A stretch of DNA of 63,141 nt, counting the filler, from Pirum gemmata (Eukaryota), in NCBI GenBank assembly GCA_002812295.1. It is 28 parts of 28 records of this genome, joined end to end, with 100 filler letters (N's around TTAATTAATTAA, not from the genome) between each part and the next. Parts side by side here need not be neighbours in the genome. Positions count along the whole stretch, not along the records: positions 47,891 to 50,025 come from PDIN01008383.1; positions 50,126 to 52,260 come from PDIN01008384.1; positions 52,361 to 54,451 come from PDIN01008385.1; positions 54,552 to 56,664 come from PDIN01008386.1; positions 56,765 to 58,898 come from PDIN01008387.1; positions 58,999 to 60,962 come from PDIN01008388.1; positions 61,063 to 63,141 come from PDIN01008389.1; 21 more parts are not named here. The stretch is one strand, 5' to 3'. Under the pieces are notes generated by a model. It ran no database searches. It was not told the origin of the DNA and saw only the letters and a program-made list of their open reading frames with translations. The translations under genes and the position numbers were made by a program. Numbering within the stretch: position 1 is the first letter of the stretch; each line of letters begins with the position of its first letter. Below, piece after piece: positions 48,518-61,764 of this stretch.

Positions 48518-49542
48518 GGGACTTCTGTGGAATGGATGAATATATTTTATGGGTTTTCTATGGGAGTTATGGACATGACTTTTTTGCTCAAATTGTGGCC
48601 TATACTCTGATTTCTTATTTCTGCTTAATTATGTGGTATGGATTATGGGCTTGGACTATTAAAAAAATTGGTACATTTAAGTATCAGAAACCTAACAATT
48701 CCCTTAACAGACGCACCACCACGAAGAACACAAAAAACATGAGCAAAAACACAAGTACTGTGAAAAACGATGACGTGCGCCAACGTGGAATAGGGGTGAA
48801 TTCAATGACGAATCTTAATCCAGGCAACGAAAACGATTACCAAGACAACGATGAGGATTTACAATTATTTAAAACCGACGCTGGAAGAAAATTCTTGGTT
48901 AATCGTACTATATTTTCTATTACCTTCGCTCATGGTTTTGCGTTATTGCTTTTATGCATTCCGTTCACAATCGTTACCTGTAAACTAATGTTCTCCAATA
49001 ATCAGGAATTGATTATTGCTGATTATATTGTTCCCTATTTTGTTATGTGTTTACTTATCATTGGCATTTACACCGTTGAAGCTTGTTTTCGTGCTGTGCT
49101 CAATATGAACAAACTAATTATGGTGCATCATTTATTAACAATATTATTAGGCGTGTTTATTCCATTGTTACGATCGGTGTTTGCTTTGAAAGTTAATTTA
49201 ATTCTTATAGGTTTTGTTCCATGGGAGTTTGGTGTTTATTTCAGTTTTATCTTTTATAGACTTAAATGGAATGAGAACAGATTATTTGTTTATTTAATAA
49301 CCCCCTTTGTCCTTTTGATCTATTTTATAACTCGCGTTTTGCAAGTTGTATTGTTGTTGTATTTATTTGCGGTGAGTGGACGGCGTATGGTTACTATATC
49401 TTTTGCTGATTCTCATTCGTGTGCTCTTTTTTTTATATATTTATTTGCCAGTTGTTTTTTGGTTACTTTGCAATTTTATACAATGAAAACGCCATTTCTT
49501 ACGTGGTTGAAATCATTTCATAAATTAAAAAAGAATATGTAG
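48518..49542 (+). CDS. TLC (TRAM/LAG1/CLN8) domain multi-pass membrane protein; probably the terminal exon of the upstream peroxidase gene
   Basis: About seven hydrophobic helices, motifs LIMVHHLL, PWEFG and YFITRVL typical of TLC domains. Acceptor aaatag at 48517 gives in-frame (G)DFCG-MDEY. Confidence 0.75.
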
Positions 49543-50419
49543 GCGAAGATTATTAAAAGTTCCAAAATACAAATTATTTCCTCTTCGAAACAAATTCAGT
49601 TTTATCTTTTATAGACTTAAATGGAATGAGAACAGATTATTTGTTGAATTTGACGTCACAGCTACTAATTAATTTTTTTTGTGGTCAGGATTACATCCCA
49701 CTGTAGGATGTAATAACTCGATCTCGGAAAAAATGTTTTTTTTTTTTTTAATTTCATAATAATAAATAGGAAAAAGAAAATAGATCGAAAAAATCAAACT
49801 TCGGTGTAAACTAAGGTTTATTATATAAAAATGGTTGGTACGTTAACTTAAAAACGTTAATTGTGAGGTCAATATTAATCATAAAGCTTATATATTATAT
49901 TTTGACGTATGCGAAGGTTTCATTAAAAACGGCTGATAACAAGAAAAGCTAGCACAATTAATGAAAATTTTATCAATAATTTTCTTTATAAATGTATGAC
50001 TTTACTTACAATAAAGTAACAATAANNNNNNNNNNNNNNNNNNNNNNNNNNNNNNNNNNNNNNNNNNNNTTAATTAATTAANNNNNNNNNNNNNNNNNNN
50101 NNNNNNNNNNNNNNNNNNNNNNNNNTTTATTTATTTATTTATTTACTGCACCAGCTATTAATTATATTATAATATTTTCTTTTCGATAATACAATTAATA
50201 TATATTCTTTATTAGTAATACCACTTATAACATCACTTCAATTCGATATAGACATTGATAGAATAAGGACATATTCTGTACGTGTACATGTGTTCAATAA
50301 TATTTTAACTTCATAATCATGATACATTTTGAAGATAAGCGCTGTTGTTTACATATGCATTGGAAAATTCATCAAAAAAAAAAAAGTTTTCAAATTTTAA
50401 TTAAAGCAGAATATACACA

Positions 50420-50815
50420 ATGTCATGCCATTAGTTGTATTTTAAAAATAACCCACTTTTATTACATTTATTGCATCCAAGAAATATAGTGTCAAGGTTA
50501 CAATTATTTGTACTGTGCTTCTATTTGAATAAATCATGTATTAATATTACACATTGAGTACAAGGTAAAACTGGTGCTGAAATTTTATAATAACTTGTAA
50601 TCAGAATAACAATTTAGGCATCTAAAAAACCCAAACTGATGAAAAAGACATACAACATCATCTGCAAAACATTCAATTACAAGTAATGGATTTTTGGTTG
50701 TGTTTTTGATTTTATTATGAATATATAATATCAACTTGTATGTATGTTTTGGGCGTATGGGCATTGGGCACTTGGTAGCTGTACGAGAGTGTATGATGCT
50801 GTATGATGCAAACAT
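50420..50815 (-). pseudogene. Intronless CxxC-rich ORF broken by in-frame TAA/TAG
   Basis: The frame continues past stops with CLNC..*..CTQC..*..CNKC..*. Confidence 0.35.
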
Positions 50816-51531
50816 TTTTTTTTTTTTTTTTGCGTTAGCAAAGAGACAATACCTAAAATGATGGTAACTCGAACGTAACTCGATGTCTATGCATCACGTG
50901 ACTTTCGAAATTAAAAAAAATTAAACCAATGAAATTAAAAAGCAAACTTTGTTATTGAATTTTCTTCATAACATCATTATTACCCATTCTATAAACATTT
51001 ATATTTTGTTTCCAGAATGTCACTTTAAGCTCACAAAAGCCAAACTATAGCGAAAAAAGTAAATATAGGCTATCTAGATTTTTTTACTAATATTTTCCCT
51101 GAAAAAAATTGCCAAAAAAGGCATTTTTTATTCCAAATTAGGATTTGCTTTTTTAGGTCGATGTAGTTTTTTTTCATTTTCCAACACAAATCAAATAAAT
51201 TGTACGTCATGATGGTCGTCATCATAAAAAAAAAACACCCGTCTTTCATAGTCTTTCAAAATTGGGATTTGACCAATGAAAATTAATAATTTAGACATCA
51301 GGTTTTGCTGATTCAATGCTGATTCATTGCTGAATGCTGACAGGGACGCCTAATTTCATCCAACATTCGAAACTTTCAAATTTTGTTTTGTTTTTTAAAA
51401 AATTCAATTAAAACTTGTCATTATTAAATATTTAAATTTTATTGAACATATTTAATTAGCTCAACAAGACCTTTCTATAGATATCAGGAACACTCACCAC
51501 TATATTGGACAAAAAACCAAAAACCTTTATA

Positions 51532-51980
51532 ATGGCATTGTTACCGTATGATATGGTATATGACATTATTGACATATCATAATATTATCAACGAGCTTAT
51601 ACTGAGATAAATAACGAACGCTTAATGGAAATAATGAACGAAGAAGAGAATGTAAACTTGATGGAAAATGATATTTTGATATTGTAGATTTTGATAATGC
51701 TGAAGGTTTTAGAATTCCAATAATAAGACGTATCCCTATAAGACAGATAGATTTTATTAGTAATATCAGACAAAGACAAAGACAAAAACAAAGACAAAGA
51801 CAAAGACAAAGAAGAGATCATATGTATGTAAGACGTGATTTAGAAGCTATGAGAGAAAATATAAGAAAAAGAAGACCAATATTTGATAGTGATAGTGATA
51901 GTGATAGTGATAGTGATAGTGATATTGATAATGATAATGATAGTGATTATACAACTAGTATTGATAATGCTAGTCTATGA
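51532..51980 (+). pseudogene. Intronless ORF with one nonsense codon and one frameshift; F-box-like start MALLPYDMVYDII
   Basis: MALLPYDMVYDIIDIS*YYQRAYTEINNERLMEIMNEEE...(shift near 51675)...DIVDFDNAEGFRIPIIRRIPIRQ...RRPIFDSDSD...DNASL*. Confidence 0.4.
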
Positions 51981-54141
51981 TATGATATCTAAAAAATACC
52001 CTCTAGTTCTTGGATTGGTTAAAAAAAAAAAAAAAAAAATTTTTTATTTTTATCAAAAAAAAAAAAAAAATGAACCATCCAGCCGAATTATTGGTATTAC
52101 TCGAAAAATCAAAAAAGAGAAAAAGCAGTTCTTCATGCAACTAATAAGAGATCAAAAGAAGAATAAAATCCCCTAATTGACCACCCCCAAAGGGTTGATC
52201 AGAAATAGAATCCCCAAAAAAAGAAAAAAAAAAAAATAATAGACTAATAACACTCCTTTTNNNNNNNNNNNNNNNNNNNNNNNNNNNNNNNNNNNNNNNN
52301 NNNNTTAATTAATTAANNNNNNNNNNNNNNNNNNNNNNNNNNNNNNNNNNNNNNNNNNNNCAACATGGATAATTCACACAATAGAAACCCTACAAAATAT
52401 GATTACAACACAAAACGACACAGAATAATTATTAAAACTAGCATACAACCATCAACATAACAACAACAACAAGTTTTATTACGAATTTTACGATATAAAA
52501 CAAAATAATATCTTCATTAATTAAAACTCACAATTATATAAATATAAGCGAAAAAGAAATGGTCTTCTTATGAAAAATACAATAAATCAGTAACAAACCA
52601 GTAACAAATCACAACCAACTGACAATCAATTCACTAACTCATACCAAAGTATTATGAAACAAATCAACAAAATACAACTTTAATTTTTAACTATATATAC
52701 TATATAACTGTAACCTGCTGCTCCTCCTTTTTTTATTTTTAGGAACTTTTTTTCTCTCATTTGATATGATAGAAAAAAAGAAAAAAAAATTTGTAGAGGT
52801 GGATTTAGCTAGCTAGCTATCATAGCTGTTTAGACTCTGTTTAGCTAGACTTTGATTTATTTAAAAAATTTTTATAATATTATTATAAATTTACAAAGAC
52901 CCCAGGATTCCTGTTTGTAAAATATTATCATAGTTTACCTAAATATACCTAACTAGACTCTAACCAGACGGGTAGTAGAGCTATCATAAGATTCATAGCT
53001 ACTACTAGCTAGTACTAGCTGCTTTTGCTTCAGTTGTTTTGTTTTTTATTGACTTTCATTGATTGTAACCATTTTTTTGAAAAATGTTTTAGTTGTTGTC
53101 TCGGTAGTTGTTGTCTCGGTAGTTGTTGTTTTATTATTTTCATTTATTTATTTTATTTTGTTGTTTTTTTGTTTTTGTTTTTGTTGTTTTGTTGTTTTTT
53201 TTATTGTTTTGTTTTTTTGTTTTTTTTGTTTTGTTGCTTTGTTGTTTTGTTATAATTCATCATAATGATATCGATGTATATATAATAATAATTACTGTTT
53301 ACATAACAACCAGCAACGAACAACGATACAACGAACAACGAGACAAAACAACAACAATAAAAACAACAAAACAACGTTAACAAACAACGAAACAACAAAA
53401 CAACAATACAAACAACAAAACAACAAACAACAAAACAACAAAACAACAAAACAACAAAACAACAAAACAACAAAACAAAACAAAGCAACAAAACAACAAA
53501 ACAAAGCAACATAAAAAAAAATAATGAAAATAATAGTAATAAAAAGTAGTAAATAACATTACTTACAAATCTGGAAAATACTATAAATTATAATTATTTT
53601 AATAGGCCATTCATTCATTCCAGGAGCTCACTCTATTCAGCATCAGATTCTATCGATAGACCTCCCTACCCCCTCTATCATGTATATTGATCTATGATAC
53701 TAAGCTAGCTAGCTCTGGTAGTAGCTACTGCAATGTCCATGAAGTAACTATGAAGTAGACTGTAGACTACCAGATACAACGAACTCAAAGGCGCACTGCA
53801 CACTCACTGCACGCTCAAAAAATATTTTTTTCGCATTTGAAGATTTGACTAGGTAGATTTGACCAGGTAGATCTAGCTAGCTAGCTACTTGCTAGTGTAG
53901 TCTAGACTCTAGACTACCTAGTAATCTACAGTTGTGCATCATCTACTCTAGCTAGCTAGCTTAGTAGTAGCTACTGTAGGCTGTCAGTAGTAGATTGGCA
54001 GCCTACAGGCAGACTAATGTAGAGTTGTAGACCTATGTACAGTACCCATATTTTTTTTATAATAATTTTAAAAAAAAAAAAACCGAGTCAAACTGGGAGT
54101 CAAACTAAACCTAGCTACTAGCTAGCTAGCTATCGATAATT

Positions 54142-54322
54142 TAACGTTAGTTAATAACGATTTTTTTTACTAACTGTGGTTAGTGCTTCGTAAAAAAAAA
54201 TCGAACGAGCTTTTTTTTGGGAACTAACCAAAAAAATATATTAACGAGTGAACCAAAAAAAAGTGAGTGTTTTTTACAATGCACTAGGCCACAGTTATAA
54301 AAAAAAGAGTAAACTAACGTTA
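54142..54322. mobile_element. Foldback/MITE-like element with ~55-bp imperfect terminal inverted repeats
   Basis: TAACGTTAGTT...TAACTGTGGTTAGTGCTTCGTAAAAAAA vs TTTTTTTACAATGCACTAGGCCACAGTTA...AACTAACGTTA. Confidence 0.55.
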
Positions 54323-54774
54323 GTGCATTTTTACACAAATAAAAATATTTTTGAGAGATACGTATGACGTCATTAATTAATTAATAAAAATTTCAAGAAA
54401 AAACTCGCAATTTTACTGCGCACTGGTTAGTGGCACTTTTTAAGTGATTTTNNNNNNNNNNNNNNNNNNNNNNNNNNNNNNNNNNNNNNNNNNNNTTAAT
54501 TAATTAANNNNNNNNNNNNNNNNNNNNNNNNNNNNNNNNNNNNNNNNNNNNAATATAATGATAATGGTAATAATAATATAATAATAATAATAATGATAAT
54601 AATAATAATAATATAACAATAATAATAATAATAACGTGAACGTTTTAACGTGAACAGTAATAATGATAATACTAGTAATACTATTAATAATATAAAAATA
54701 ATTGGTAGTATAATAACAGGAGGTCTAAACCTCTTTGACAATAATATTAATAATTATATGATATACATCTCGAA

Positions 54775-54805
<31 letters not shown>

Positions 54806-54954
54806 TTAAGAATGTGACGAAGAGTATGTAACTTGTTAATAAATATTAATAATGAATTTCGCAATTCTTGAAAGAGGTTTCCTTTTTCCAACAGCAACGT
54901 CGAAAACATTCACATGTGCAGTATAAAGATATTCCGTAGAAAACTCTTTGGATA

Positions 54955-55432
54955 CCCTAACCCTAACCCTAACCCCAACTCTAACCCTAACGATACAACC
55001 CTAACTCTAACCCTAACGATACAACCCTAACCCTAACCCTAATTTATAACCCTAACCTTAAACCTAACCCTAACGTCAACCCTATATTCCGTAGAAAACT
55101 CTTTGGATACCTTAACTCTAATCCTAACCCCAACTCTAACCCTAACGTTATAACCCTAACCCTAACGTTAACCCCAACCCTAACGTTAACCCTAACCCTA
55201 ATTTATAACCCTAACCTTAAACCTAGCCCTAACGTTAACCCTATATATCTAACCCTAACACCAACGCCAACGCCAATGCCAACGCCAACGCCAACGCCAA
55301 CGCCAACGCCAACGCCAACACCAACCCTAACCCTAACGCCAACGCCAACACCAACCCTAACCCTAACCCTAACGCCAACGCCAACGCCAACCCCAACCTC
55401 ACCCCCAACCTTCTAACAGTCTTCTAACCCTA
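54955..55432 (+). repeat. (TAACCC)n / (CAACGC)n array with an internal ~155-bp duplication
   Basis: ATATTCCGTAGAAAACTCTTTGGATACC occurs near 54929 and 55085. Confidence 0.85.
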
Positions 55433-56456
55433 AAAACAGTGATGATGTTTGTAAAACAATTAACCCCCAACACTGAAACTGTTCATCATCCATATAATAT
55501 AAATGCTAGACTATTTGGAGGTGCAAAAACGAAACAGCTACGAGAAAAGTCAAGGTTTTTTTATTTACTATAGAAATCATTTTTTAAACCAAGTCTTCCT
55601 TTCTCAAAACCTTTAATGTAAAACAGCCAAATTATTTTTAAAAACTAACCATTGGTGTATAAAAGAGTTTTTATAGTTAAACTATTTCTTACATTTTGGT
55701 AGTACTTAAATATATATTGCAACATTTAAAGATTTTTTAGATTTTTGAGATCATATGTCGCCATTTTTATCCGGCTTTATAGTTAAAAAAAAAACAAAAC
55801 AAAAAAAAAAACTAAACCCACACAAAATTTAAAAATACATCATTTGCAATTGTTTATTTGGTAGTTTCAAACTATTTAAAATGACGTTTTTAAATTGAAA
55901 ATTATAACATTAAGTATAGTAAAATAAATAAAATGGATGTATATATTAGTAGCTTGGTATGTTTAGTAGGAATATTAGTGCGTCATTAAAAAAATTGCGC
56001 CATAAAAATGTCATAATGACGTACTTAACATGCATTTGCAAATTCCAATTTTGAGTATTAAATAATTTTTTAAGTCTATTTTCATTATTTACCGGGTACA
56101 GTTGTCCTCTCAATCTTTATTTTGGTACTTTTTAAGTATATAATTGAACTGGTTTATAAAATACAATATTAAGTATAAAGTACCAAATTAATTAAAACAT
56201 TGCCGATAATAATAATTTGGTATGTTTATTTCAGTTTTTGAACAACAAAACACTATTGAAAAACCATGAAACATGATGATGATGGTAGACTAGGCCTACA
56301 TTTGTAATAAATTGTATTATATCATAACAATATCATAACTATAAATACAATAGAAAAAAATCCATCCCCTTTTTTTTATTATTATTATTTTACTTTTTGT
56401 TATTAGGAATTTTCAACATTTACTTAATTCGACTTGTTATTGTTTTGTTGATCGGT

Positions 56457-56608
56457 ATGTTTTGGGAGTTTTGTATTTTGATATGCTTTTGTTTGCATTT
56501 AACTGCAGCTAAACTAAGTGAAGTAAGGGTTTTATTACCCTACACTGGTTCTAAGACTAAAAATGTTCGCTATAAAATAAAGCATTTGGAAGGTCATTGT
56601 TGTGAATG
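56457..56608 (+). CDS. NUP210: Nuclear pore membrane glycoprotein gp210 homolog, first exon
   Basis: MFWEFCILICFCLHLTAAKLSEVRVLLPYTGSKTKNVRYKIKHLEGHCCEW: signal peptide, then a match to the NUP210 N-terminus AAKLNIPKVLLPFT....VNFTL...EGCY.W. Donor GTATAC. Confidence 0.75.
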
Positions 56609-59187
56609 GTATACTTTTATTATTATTACTTTTATTATTGATCTTATTATTATTATTATTATTANNNNNNNNNNNNNNNNNNNNNNNNNNNNNNNNNNNN
56701 NNNNNNNNTTAATTAATTAANNNNNNNNNNNNNNNNNNNNNNNNNNNNNNNNNNNNNNNNNNNNTACATTTTTTCAGTATTATTTCAGTCTTTTTATTGA
56801 AAAAAAAAAAAAATGGTGGAATCACTGGGTGGAATGCACCAGAATTTTTGAACGAAACCAGTACGAAACCAGTACGTATTGTACGAAACCGACTCAGGAA
56901 ACTACAATTTATTTCAGTTTTCAAACATAAAAGTAATGTAAAATTGTAAATAATTATGTAATAAGTATTTAGACCGGTTGAAATTTTCAAACAAAAAAAA
57001 GTGGGAAGTGTGGGAAGGACGTTTTTAGATTTTTTGCACCATAGACGACGGGGTCTATTATTATATAACTATTATTATTCAAACTCCTTGGCCTTGGCAA
57101 AAATTCATATTGATAAGACTACGATTGTCTGTAGATTTTCGAACATAAGTAATGTATGATATAATATTTTTTAAAATAATTATGATATTAGATTACTTTT
57201 TTTTTAAACATATTATATAATAATATATTATAATTTAGCATATTTTATTATCTATTTATTATTAACTTAAAAATATCAATTTAAAGATTATAACACTCCA
57301 AATAAATATTTAGAGTGACAAAATAAATGAAAAGCACGATATAAAGCAAATTGATTTGTACAAAGTACTGTAGTGCAAAGTGATAACCTTACCTTAGCTT
57401 AACCAAACATGTTTTGGTGCATATATATATCAACATCAATATTTCCTCTTTGTTACTATTAATACCTACTATAGTTCGACAAAATACACTATCATATAAT
57501 TTTCTCCTTCAGAAATCTTATTATAATAAAGGTAATCATCATAACGTAAAGGAATGGAAGTATCACTTTGTTTAATACGTCCTCTTATCTCCATTTTTAA
57601 TTTTTCTGTCAAATCTTTTCTATATTTCGCTTTATACCAACTTTCAATATATTTTTCTTCATTTTTTATATAATATTATATTAGTTTATGGAACCAGATT
57701 TGGGTCTTTTGGAACCTGATCTACCCCGGATTTATAATAATATATTATATTGTCACTCCAAATATTTATTTGGTTGTTTATAATATTTAAATTGACACTT
57801 TTAAATAAATAATTATATAATAAAATATACCAAATTAAATGAAATGGATTTATATTGTATTAATTTGGTACTCTTTTTTGTATATTTTATGATGACAAAA
57901 CAACTGATAAGCACGATAGTCTATACATATTATACATTATGGGAGCGTTCAAATAATAAGTCACGTCAAGAAGTAGGTAGATAGGTGGTATTTGACCGGA
58001 AATTAACATCAAGGGGTAGGTAGGTAGGGGTATTTGAAGCTGTATTTGACCGGAAATTGGCGTTACGTAATTATTATTGAATGTAGCTAATAATACATCA
58101 TAATGATGTTGATATACTACCACAATTATGTTGTTCAGGTTCACAAAAGACAAGTTTTCCTATTACCGTTTCTTATGACAAACAATATAAATTATCAATT
58201 AAATACTACTCTAATAAAAATTCTAATCAATGTTTAAAGGATTTAATTAATGTAGTCAACTCAACAAATAGTTTAGAAGTTGTAAGAGAATATTTATTCA
58301 ATATATAATTTTGTACAAAAGTGCCAATTTTCGCACAATTTTACGTTTATTATGCGCAAAGTGTCTATATACATACATTAGTATTATAAACATGTAGTTT
58401 TCATGATTATATCATGTAATATCGTGCTTTTCAATATTGTTAACGTTGTCTAGTTCAAAAAATGAAATAAAATTCAATATTATGGTTCAACTAGTACTAT
58501 ATCAGAAATGTTTTAATTATTTTGGTATTTTAAATTCATACTTTTAATGTTGTATTTTATATACACTTAATAAATAGTACTAGTACTGAATTAAAGATTG
58601 AGTGGACAACAGTTACTGCAATTAAATAGACGATATAAATATATTATATATATAATATTATATTTATTATATCAAAATTAGATAATCAGGCAGGATTGAT
58701 TTCCTGACTTTTATCCTGACTTCAAACAAATCAGAATATTATTGTAACTTGTATTTTTTAAAATATGAAAATATTACGTAAAAAGCTATAATTATTACGT
58801 AAAAGTTAAATATTACGTAAAAATGATGTCATGTTTTTTTTTAAAACAACTTTTTTATTGAATTCCTGACTTTTTCCTGACTTTTCCTGACTTTCAGCNN
58901 NNNNNNNNNNNNNNNNNNNNNNNNNNNNNNNNNNNNNNNNNNTTAATTAATTAANNNNNNNNNNNNNNNNNNNNNNNNNNNNNNNNNNNNNNNNNNNNAA
59001 ACAAAAAAAAAAAAAAAAAACAAAAAAAAAAAAAAACACAAACCAAACACAAACCAAACCAAACACAAACCAAACCGAACCAAACCGAACCGAACCAAAC
59101 CAAACCAAACCGAACCAAGCCAAACCGAACCGGACCGGACCGAACGAACAAAACAAACAAAACAAACAAACAAATAAACAAACATAC

Positions 59188-59379
59188 TTGATAAACAAAC
59201 CGAACAAACATAACCGACAGAAACGATTCGATTATGACAAAAACAAGCAGCTCGAAAATCCACTTCACTTTGTTTTGGTAATTTGAGCGCATTTTTTATT
59301 GAAGCAGATGGTAGAAAAACTGTCAGCAAATATTGTAATAAAGAATTACTTTTATTTAATTCTATTTTCAAATAAGTAC
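59188..59379 (-). CDS. GTF2H3: TFIIH subunit p34/Tfb4, internal exon
   Basis: GTYLKIELNKSNSLLQYLLTVFLPSASIKNALKLPKQSEVDFRAACFCHNRIVSVGYVCSVCLS, with the diagnostic VD(Y/F)RAACFCH...GYVCSVCLS zinc-finger motif. tgtag / GTATGT boundaries. Confidence 0.95.
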
Positions 59380-59801
59380 CTACATTAATATTAATGGTAA
59401 TGGTAATGTTAATGTTAATGCAATGTTAATGGTAATGCTAATGGTAATGGTAATGGTAATGGTAATGTTAATGTTAATGTTAATGGTAATGTTAATGTTA
59501 ATGTTAATGGTAATGGTAATAGCAATGGTAATGGTAATGGTAATGGTAATGGTAATGGTAATGGTAATGGTAATGGTAATGGTAATGGTAATGGTAATGG
59601 TAATGGTAATGGTAAGGGTAAGGGTATTGGTAAGGGTAAGGGTAATGGTAAGGGTAATGGTAAGGGTAATGGTAATGGTAATGGTAATGGTAATGGCAAT
59701 GATAATGATAATGGTAATGATAATGATAATGATAATGAATGGTAATGGTTATGGTAATGGTAATGGTAATGGTAATGGTAATGGTAATGATAATGATAAT
59801 G

Positions 59802-59836
<35 letters not shown>

Positions 59837-61271
59837 GATAATGATAATGATAATGATAATCATAATGATAATCATAATGATAATGGAAATGGAAATGGTA
59901 ACGGTAACGGTAATGGTAATGGTAATGGTAATGGTAATGGTAATGGTAATGATAATGATAATGGTAATGATAATGGTAATGATATATAGTAATAGTAATG
60001 GTAATGGTAATGGTAATGAAAAAGAAAATGAAAATGGTAATGCTAAAAAAAATGAAAATGGTAATGGTATAATGGTAATGGTAACTATAATGACAATGGT
60101 AATGGTAATGGTAGGGTTAGGGTTAGAGTTAGGGTTAGGATTAGGGTTAGGGTTAGGGTTAGGGTTAGGGTTAGATAATGGTAATGGCAATGGTAATGAT
60201 AATCATAATGGTAATGGTAATGGTAATGGTAATGGTAATGGTAATGGTAATGGTGATGGTAATGGTGATGGTGATGGTGATGGTGATGGTGATGGTGATG
60301 GTAATGGTAATGGTAANNNNNNNNNNNNNNNNNNNNNNNNNNNNNAATGGTAATGGTAATGGTAATGGTAATGGTAATGGTAATGGTAATGGTAATGGTA
60401 ATGGTAATGGTAATGGTAATGGTAATGGTAATGGTAATGGTAATAATGATAATAATGGTAATGACAATGATAATGATAATGGTAATGATAATGGTAATGG
60501 TAATGGTAATGGTAATGGCAATAGTAAAGTTATAATGTTAATGTTAATGTTTAATGTTAATATTAACATTAATGTTAATATTAATGATAATGATTATGAT
60601 TATGATTGTAATAATGATAATATTAATGATAATGATCATGATTGTAATAATGATAATATAATGATAATGACAATAAAAATGATAACAATAATAAAAATGA
60701 TTATTTAATGATAATGATAATGATAATGATAATGATAATGATAATGATAATGATAATGATAATGATAATCATAATGATAATCATAATGATAATCATAATG
60801 ATAATGGAAATGGAAATGGTAACGGTAACGGTAATGGTAATGGTAATGGTAATGGTAATGGTAATGGTAATGATAATGATAATGGTAATGATAATGGTAA
60901 TGGTAATGGTAATGGTAATGGTAATGGTGATGGTAATGGTGATGGTGATGGTGATGGTGATGNNNNNNNNNNNNNNNNNNNNNNNNNNNNNNNNNNNNNN
61001 NNNNNNTTAATTAATTAANNNNNNNNNNNNNNNNNNNNNNNNNNNNNNNNNNNNNNNNNNNNATAATTAATAATAATAATAATAATAAGTAACGATAATG
61101 ATAGCTAATAATAATTAACCCTAACACTAACCGCGTAATAATAACAATAAACACTTTGAATTCCTGCTTCGAATTCAATCAATAAGAAAATCAATTTATG
61201 AAAAAACAAAATGGTCCTAACGCTAACCCTAATAACAATGATAATAATAATAATAACAAATAATTCCTACT

Positions 61272-61729
61272 TCAATCAAGAAGGAAAGCTCTTTTTGACA
61301 AAACAAAAAGATCATTAGATAATTCACTAACACCGGTATCATATCTTCGAATTTTACTAATAGCTGGTTCAGTCATAAAACAAACAGGAAGTACTTGATC
61401 AGAGTTTTGTAAAACAATTTCTTCGTGCGATGTCCCTTTGTTACCAATGACTGTATCAAAAGGTTTCCCGTTAATTTCGTAACTTGGTTTAAACTTCGAG
61501 TCAATTACCCTGCCTTTTAGTATAATGCATACAACCAAACAATCTCCATGTGTAGTAAATGGATTCGAACTTACATACAAACCTTCCCCAAAGGTTCCTC
61601 CTTTTCTATTCATATGTATTTTCTTTTTTAGTCTATCTTTAGTAGTCAGCAAACCTGTATAATGATTATAATATTAATAATGATAATGATAATGAGAATA
61701 TAATGATAATGATAATGATAATGATAATG

Positions 61730-61764
<35 letters not shown>

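Noticed and set aside
50420..51980. Alternative genetic code (TAA/TAG read as Gln)
   Set aside because: Conserved genes in the window have no in-frame TAA/TAG and end on TAA, TAG or TGA; the stops here are better explained as pseudogene lesions.
52361..52790. A/C-rich stop-ridden frame followed by an A-rich tail, resembling the 3' end of a non-LTR retrotransposon
   Set aside because: No RT, endonuclease or zinc-knuckle motif is visible; composition alone is not enough.
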